NCBI GenBank assembly: GCA_964016885.1
Contig: OZ024741.1
Location: 55,738,001 to 55,802,000, forward strand
Direction: 5' to 3'
Length of the DNA stretch: 64,000 nucleotides
Origin: Eledone cirrhosa
Lineage: Eukaryota
This document shows positions 58,166 through 64,000 of the stretch, in pieces. The notes under the pieces were generated by a model. The model worked only from the letters and a program-made list of their open reading frames with translations. It searched no databases and was not told the DNA's origin. How positions within the stretch are numbered: position 1 is the stretch's first letter; every line of letters begins with the position of its first letter. Made by a program: the position numbers and the translations under genes.

Positions 58166-61100
58166 TTATTTGCCACAAGGGTGCACAAGAAAAGGGGACA
58201 ATACAAGGACATATGGCGGGGATTTTACATACATTCGTGTAAAAAAAATGTTAACAAATTCAACAATCGAAATCCCCAATAGGGGGAAGCGTAACACACA
58301 AATAGATTGTTTTATACCCCGTAGATAGAACAACCCTCAACTCCAGGAGCATGTTGTGCAAGTGCTTCTTTCTTCCTTTTGCTCTCTTCTTCAACCTACA
58401 GGTTTATATACAGAGAAGGCCCAATCACTCGGGCCATTTTTGCCACATTCACCCACCTTTCAGTAAATTTACTGGGGTGCAGTACTTCTCTCTGCACTCT
58501 GATTCTCCTTCTAAAGTGGTGCCTAAAGAAGGGAATGAGTTGTTGTCCGGAGAGAAAGGCATCTGTCCTCAGTCCTTTCAATCTCGTCCACCATATAACC
58601 TCTTTTACCATAGCCACTATACAGAGGAAAACCGCCTATCTTTCGTTTTTGAAAGAAGGTGGCGGTTTGATCCTTACTATGGACTCGGCAGTCAACTGGA
58701 TTTGTCCCATACGCGACAGCAGTTGTTCTGTGTAGTTCCACAAGTCGGTTACGCCCGGGAAGTGTACAATTGCGTGCAGGACGGTTTCAATGTCCTGCAC
58801 GCATCTTGGACACATCCTCTTGGAAGGATCCGGGCCTGTAGATCTTATCCCGTACTGGTAGAGCCTCTCGGTAGCACTGTCAGGGACCTCTGGAAGTTGT
58901 CCATAGGTCCCGGGCGGACAGTCCTACCGAACAGACTGGTGAGCTCATCGTCTTCGACGCCCAGAGTCTCTCCGAGCACGTCGTCGCACTTGTAACGTAT
59001 TATCCCTCTATAGAATGTCGAAGTGGAGTCACCACTGATTGTTGTGCCCGCTTGACAGAGGACTGTGAGAGTCTGAGCGCATTCAATGTGCCAGGCGCCC
59101 ATTATCTTCGGTCTCCGCTTGACCCAGGACTGCAACTCCGTCAGCGAGACAAGTTGCAGGAAGGCTTGTCTCACAAACGGGGTCCACACCGGTTGGTCGG
59201 TGAGGAATACCTAGAGATGCCGTAGCCTCAGAGAGTGTTTGCGCATCATCAACCACGGCATTCACAGCCCTCCGTTGGAAGTGTGCTGGCAGCAGACGAT
59301 CTCCTCACCTGTGGAGCCTGCTTCTTCCAAAGGAATTGGAAGAGCATGCGTTCCATCTTGGTGATGTATTCACGGGGACAAGGCACGACAGTCAAGCGAT
59401 AGTGGATGACGGACGCTATGAAAGTGTTCGCCATCTCCACTCGACCTTTCAAGGATAGTTTACACTCTGCCCACTTCTGGGTGAGCGCAAATATCTTGGC
59501 CGTGACCTCGTTCCAGTTTTTCTCCACCTGGAGGTTCGAACGAACCAGACCCCGAGCAATTTCACCGGTCCTTCCGACGGTGTCGGACGGCACGGTTTGC
59601 CTCTCCACGTTCCGAGTTGCAAACCGACAGATTTGTCTGGGTTCAGTTTTGCTCCTGTGATCCTTTCGTATTCCTGCAGTAAGTTGCCGATCGCCACGAT
59701 TTCCGAGGTTTTCGACACCATTACTGTCACGTCGTCGGCATAAGCCGACACCGCTTTCCGCAGTCCCGGTTCCAACGGGATGCCCTGCAAACGCTCCAGC
59801 TTCCGCAGTAGTGGCTCTAGAGTCAATACATACAGAATGGAGGAGAGAGGGCATCCCTGTCGAATGGAACGTGTGATTGGAAACGGCTCCGATAGGTAGC
59901 CGTTCACCTTGACTGTTGAGAAGATGTTGGTGTGCATGGGTGTGATCCAGCCTCTGAAGACGGGTCCGAAACCGGCCACCTTGAGAACCGCTTCCAAGTA
60001 TCGATGGTCGACCCTATCGAACGCCTTAGACTGATCTAAATTGATCAGAGCCCCCACCGAAGCCTGGTTTACACCCCGCCCTCTCTACAATGTATCGGAT
60101 GGGGTTGAGGTTGTCGTGTATGGATCTGGTTGGAATTGCACACGTTTGAGCTTTTCCCACCAGGTTCCCGACGACAAGTGCCAGCCTCGTCGCTAACACC
60201 TTGGTCAAAATCTTTAACTCTGTGTTTAGGCGAGTTATGGGCCTGAAGTTGCGTATTTCATCCCCCTTGTTTTCGTCTTTCCTGATCAGCGTTACTACGC
60301 CCTGCCTACAGAACTGGGAATTCTCCTGTTCTGCTACCAGTTGCAGTAGATGGCTTCGAGGACGCCAGAGAACAAATCCGGCATACCTATGTAAAGTTCA
60401 TAGGGTAGACCATCTATACCAGGTGATTTGCGTTTCCCGCAGCGGCCCAGAGCGTCCCGTATCTCAGTGGCTGTGATCGGTCTTTCGCAGGACTCGGCGT
60501 CCATGCTCGAGAGACGCGACAGGCCGTCGAGGTATGAACCGAAGTCCATTGCCTCGTTCGGCGCACCGCTATGCTCGAACAGTTGCGCAAAGTGCTGCTG
60601 AAAGCCCGTGCACATCTGCCTGGAATCAAGTAGCACGCGTCCGTTTTGGTCTTTCAAAGACCGAATCGTAGATTTGTTTCCACTTTTCGCTTCTGCCACT
60701 CGGGCCCAGCTAACCGCTTTTGCTCCCTCGTTTCCTAGAGCACGTGATCTACTCCTGACCACGCAGCCTTCGTGCTTCGCATCGAAGAACTGGTCCAATG
60801 CCGTTCTCGTTGCTAGCACTCTAGCAGCGTTGCCACTCCTAAACGGCTCCTCTACCTTGGCTATTAGTTCTCTTTCTGTTTTGTCTTTCTCTAAGGCTAG
60901 TTCTTTGCTAAAAGCTATGTGCTCTACTCTAATTGCTCTCTTGTTTACGATGGCTCCCGTCAACTGTAGCTTAACTAAACTACTTATCCGTCTACTGTAG
61001 GCTTTACGCGTCGGTAATGTGTTCAGCTTCCAGTATCCGGGTCCCTGTCTATGCATTCTATCATGGTTGACTATACAGGTAACTAGTTTGTGGTCTGAAT

Positions 61101-61269
61101 AGGCAACCATGTACATTTGTGGACAGCTTAACATTTTCATGTCTCTCTCTCTCTAATTAAGAACATATCTAAATTCGATCTAGATGTCCCGCTATGATGT
61201 GTCCACGTCCACTGTGGTGCAGTCGGGAAATTTAGTTGATACGTATCAGCCAGTTGGAATTGGCCGATT

Positions 61270-61272
<3 letters not shown>
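58164..61272 (-). mobile_element. 5'-truncated Tx1/L1-clade LINE (same family as 29372-34748)
   Basis: Fragmented ORF2 with YSDH, PGIDG, DQSKAFDRV, RQGCPLS and AYADD. 3' end GTGGCAAATAAAT. (GATA)n on both flanks. Confidence 0.95.
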
Positions 61273-61347
<75 letters not shown>

Positions 61348-61511
61348 GCTGTCTGATTAAGTTGTGTCTTCTTAACTACCATTTCGTAAGTTGTCATTGC
61401 GTAATAACTACAGACATCACGGAAATACGTATAACAGCAGAATATCTAATAAAGTGAATTATGAACAATTTGTCTTTATATTCATTATTATTATTATTAT
61501 TATTATTATTC

Positions 61512-62630
61512 TTTGAGTCTCAGTCATTGATGTTATTTAACTGAAAAGTTTGTTGAAATGAATATCAAGCCGCTACCTGCAACCTCAGATATTCAGGACG
61601 TATCGGAGGGTTCTTGCTGTTCCCAGCAAGCATACCTTTTGAAGTGTTCCAAAAAGCGGGGCTGGACAAATCTTTAACCATCCTTGGAAACTCTTTGAGA
61701 TAGTACCTAGTGTGCCTATGACAATCGGGAAGACCTTGACTTCATGGCAGTTCCAAATCCTTTTTACCTCCCACTTTAAGTCCTGGTATCGGTTAATTTT
61801 CTCCCTCTCCTTTTCTTGCACTCTCGTGTCAAATGAGCAGGCTACATCTACAACCAGGCACGATCTTTTTTCCTTGTCCAAAACCACCAGGTAAGGCCTA
61901 TTGTGTTCTAATTTCTAGTCCGTCTGTATCCTAAAATCCCATAGCACCTTCACTTGATCGTTTTCTATCACTGACTCTGGCTTATGCTCATACCACTTCT
62001 CAGAATGTGGTAAATTGTTTACTTTGCATAGGTGCCAGTGGATCACCCTGCCCATCACATCATGTCTCCAGCCTTTATAGTTAGTCTGGGTTAGGTGTTT
62101 ACACTCGGATACAATGTGAGCCACAGTCTCCTCGTCCTCTCCACAGATCCTACACAGTGGGCTAGCCTCCTCCTTGTAAATATGGTCTTTCACCCACTTC
62201 GTTCTGAGGGCCTGCTCTTGCTCAGCCATTAGCATTCCTTCTGTAGCCTTTTTAATGTCTCCTCTTTTTAACCAGTTCCATTTCTGTGGATCTCTAAATT
62301 CAGTTTTCTTAAAGAAGGTACTATGAAGGGATTTTTCATGAAGTTTGCTCTTCCTCCTTGCTGTTATTTCCTCCTTGGACATCCCTGGTCTATTGTCTTC
62401 TCCTTCGGTACAATTTTGAGCATTGGCTCCCTACTGTCAGTCACGTATTTGTGCAGGTTGTTTTTCTCCATCTAAACACAGTCCTCTATGCTGATAAGAC
62501 CTCTTCCGCCTTCAGATCTCCTTAAGTAGAGTCTATCGACATCACTCCTCTTGTGGAACATGTTGTAGATAGTCAATAGCTTCCTAGTCTTCCTATCTAT
62601 TCTTTTTTTGTTCAGCAACATTCCATTTCA
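61512..62630 (-). mobile_element. Dong/R4 RLE LINE 3' fragment
   Basis: TEGMLMAEQEQAL, CRICGEDEETVAHIVSEC, RHD, LWDFRIQTD, VVDVACSFD, EKINRYQDL. Bounded by (ATT)n tracts. Confidence 0.9.
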
Positions 62631-62656
62631 GAATTATTATTATTATTATTATTATT

Positions 62657-64000
62657 ACAGTTGCATTTATCTTGCTTTATGTTCATACGAGTTATCACCA
62701 AGTCACAACCAGTGACCTCAAGAGACAACAAGGTCCGCCATGTTCAAGAAAGAACATACATATTCACACATGCATCTTTAGTGTTTAGACTTGTGATGTA
62801 CTTATATTGACAGAATCTTCCTTAGTATATGGGCAGTTCCCATTAATACTATCTTTTGTATTTCTCCTATACGCGGGTTTCCTGGGATTTGCGATATGTA
62901 ATCATTAGACCCCTTAGGTATCATTCCCAGAGCGCCTACAACCACTGGTATTGTTTTAGTTCTCAATTTCCACATTTTTCCAATTTCTATCTCCAGGTCC
63001 TTATACTTGCTCAATTTTTCAAATGTTTTTATAGATACATTCTTGTCTATTGGAACAGACATATCAATTAGCAGGCATACCCTCTTTTGAAAGTCTTTCA
63101 ATATTATATCAGGTCTATTTGCATCTATTTTTCGGTCTGTTTGGATGCTAAAGTTCCACAAGATTGAGATGTGATCTTTTTCAAGTATGGGAGGTGGTTG
63201 ATGCTCCCACCAATTCTTTTGATGGGGCAGGTCAAAATGCTTACACATTATCCAATGTATGTATTGTGCAGCTCTGTCATGCCTGTTTAGGTATTCGGTT
63301 GGAGCTATAGGACTGCACATTGAAATTATATGGTCAATGGTCTCTGGTTGTTTTTTGCATACACGGCATAATGGGCTGCACCCATTTTTTATTATGTTGG
63401 CTTGGTAATTTTTTGTTGGCAGACACTGATCTTGTGCCGATATAATCAGTCCTTCAGTCTCCGATTTCAGTCCAGAGGATGCCAAGCACTGATGGGTTAA
63501 AGTTTTGTCAACATCAGGATTGTTAGCTCGCTCTGGATATTTTCCATACAGAGGCTTTTCTTGCCATTTCTTAGCCAGTTTCTGTAGCAGTTCTTTCTTT
63601 GCAGTTACTTTTACCTGCTTTGCTTTTTCTGTGTTTTCCATTTCAGCAGTAAATGGGACTTCTGAAATTTGTAATCCATTACTGTATCTTTGTGCATCTT
63701 TTGTAATGGAATATGATCTTTTGATGCTTTCGTGTTTCAAAACGAGTTTGATCATCCAATCATGTGATTCCCTTAGATATGTAGATAATCCAATTGTTGC
63801 AGTTTTCAACGCAATGTCTAACTGGATTAACCCACGTCCTCCTTCTTTCCTAGGGAGATATATTCTATCTATATCTGCCTTAGGGTGATGCATTCTGTGC
63901 ATGGTTAAGAATTTTCGAATTTTTGTATCGAGCCTACGGATCTCTGTGCTTGACCAGTTGATGACATTGTAACTGTAGGTTACTACTGATATGGCAAGCG
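62657..64000 (-). mobile_element. Dong/R4 RLE LINE 3' part (runs off the window)
   Basis: Uninterrupted ORF ending at 62802, a short 3'UTR, then (AAT)n. Confidence 0.95.
62802..64000 (-). CDS. R4/Dong ORF C-terminus: RT thumb, CCHC knuckle, restriction-like endonuclease
   Basis: RIYLPRKEGGRGL, ETEGLIISAQDQ, CRVC...ETIDHIISMC, RHD, NRPDIIL, LIDMSVP, EKLSKYKDL. Confidence 0.9.
   Translation of the reverse strand, partial: LAISVVTYSYNVINWSSTEIRRLDTKIRKFLTMHRMHHPKADIDRIYLPRKEGGRGLIQLDIALKTATIGLSTYLRESHDWMIKLVLKHESIKRSYSITKDAQRYSNGLQISEVPFTAEMENTEKAKQVKVTAKKELLQKLAKKWQEKPLYGKYPERANNPDVDKTLTHQCLASSGLKSETEGLIISAQDQCLPTKNYQANIIKNGCSPLCRVCKKQPETIDHIISMCSPIAPTEYLNRHDRAAQYIHWIMCKHFDLPHQKNWWEHQPPPILEKDHISILWNFSIQTDRKIDANRPDIILKDFQKRVCLLIDMSVPIDKNVSIKTFEKLSKYKDLEIEIGKMWKLRTKTIPVVVGALGMIPKGSNDYISQIPGNPRIGEIQKIVLMGTAHILRKILSI

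Overview
This is AT-rich, microsatellite-saturated animal genomic DNA. The SINE motifs and repeat content suggest a cephalopod such as Octopus, which is an inference. Only one host coding exon is well supported: a ~1.5 kb minus-strand exon (ATG 24769 to a phase-1 GT donor after 23260) encoding a signal-peptide-bearing, coiled-coil-rich protein. The rest is mostly transposon debris: two Tx1/L1-type LINEs, three R4/Dong-type RLE LINEs, CR1, RTE and CRE-like fragments, Penelope-like (GIY-YIG) elements, three Helitrons, TIR MITEs, many tRNA-derived SINEs and several minisatellites. The most striking hidden structure is a dense set of about 10 sequence-unrelated type I hammerhead ribozyme motifs (CUGANGA...GAAA...UH). 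Most have a palindromic, dimer-type helix III. They lie in short non-coding, often fold-back (tail-to-tail) elements in or beside (TA)n tracts, consistent with a Penelope-pLTR/retrozyme-like system. One sits at the 3' end of a GIY-YIG Penelope ORF. All RNA folds were read by eye; no folding program or database search was run. Most ORFs in the supplied track are microsatellite artefacts.
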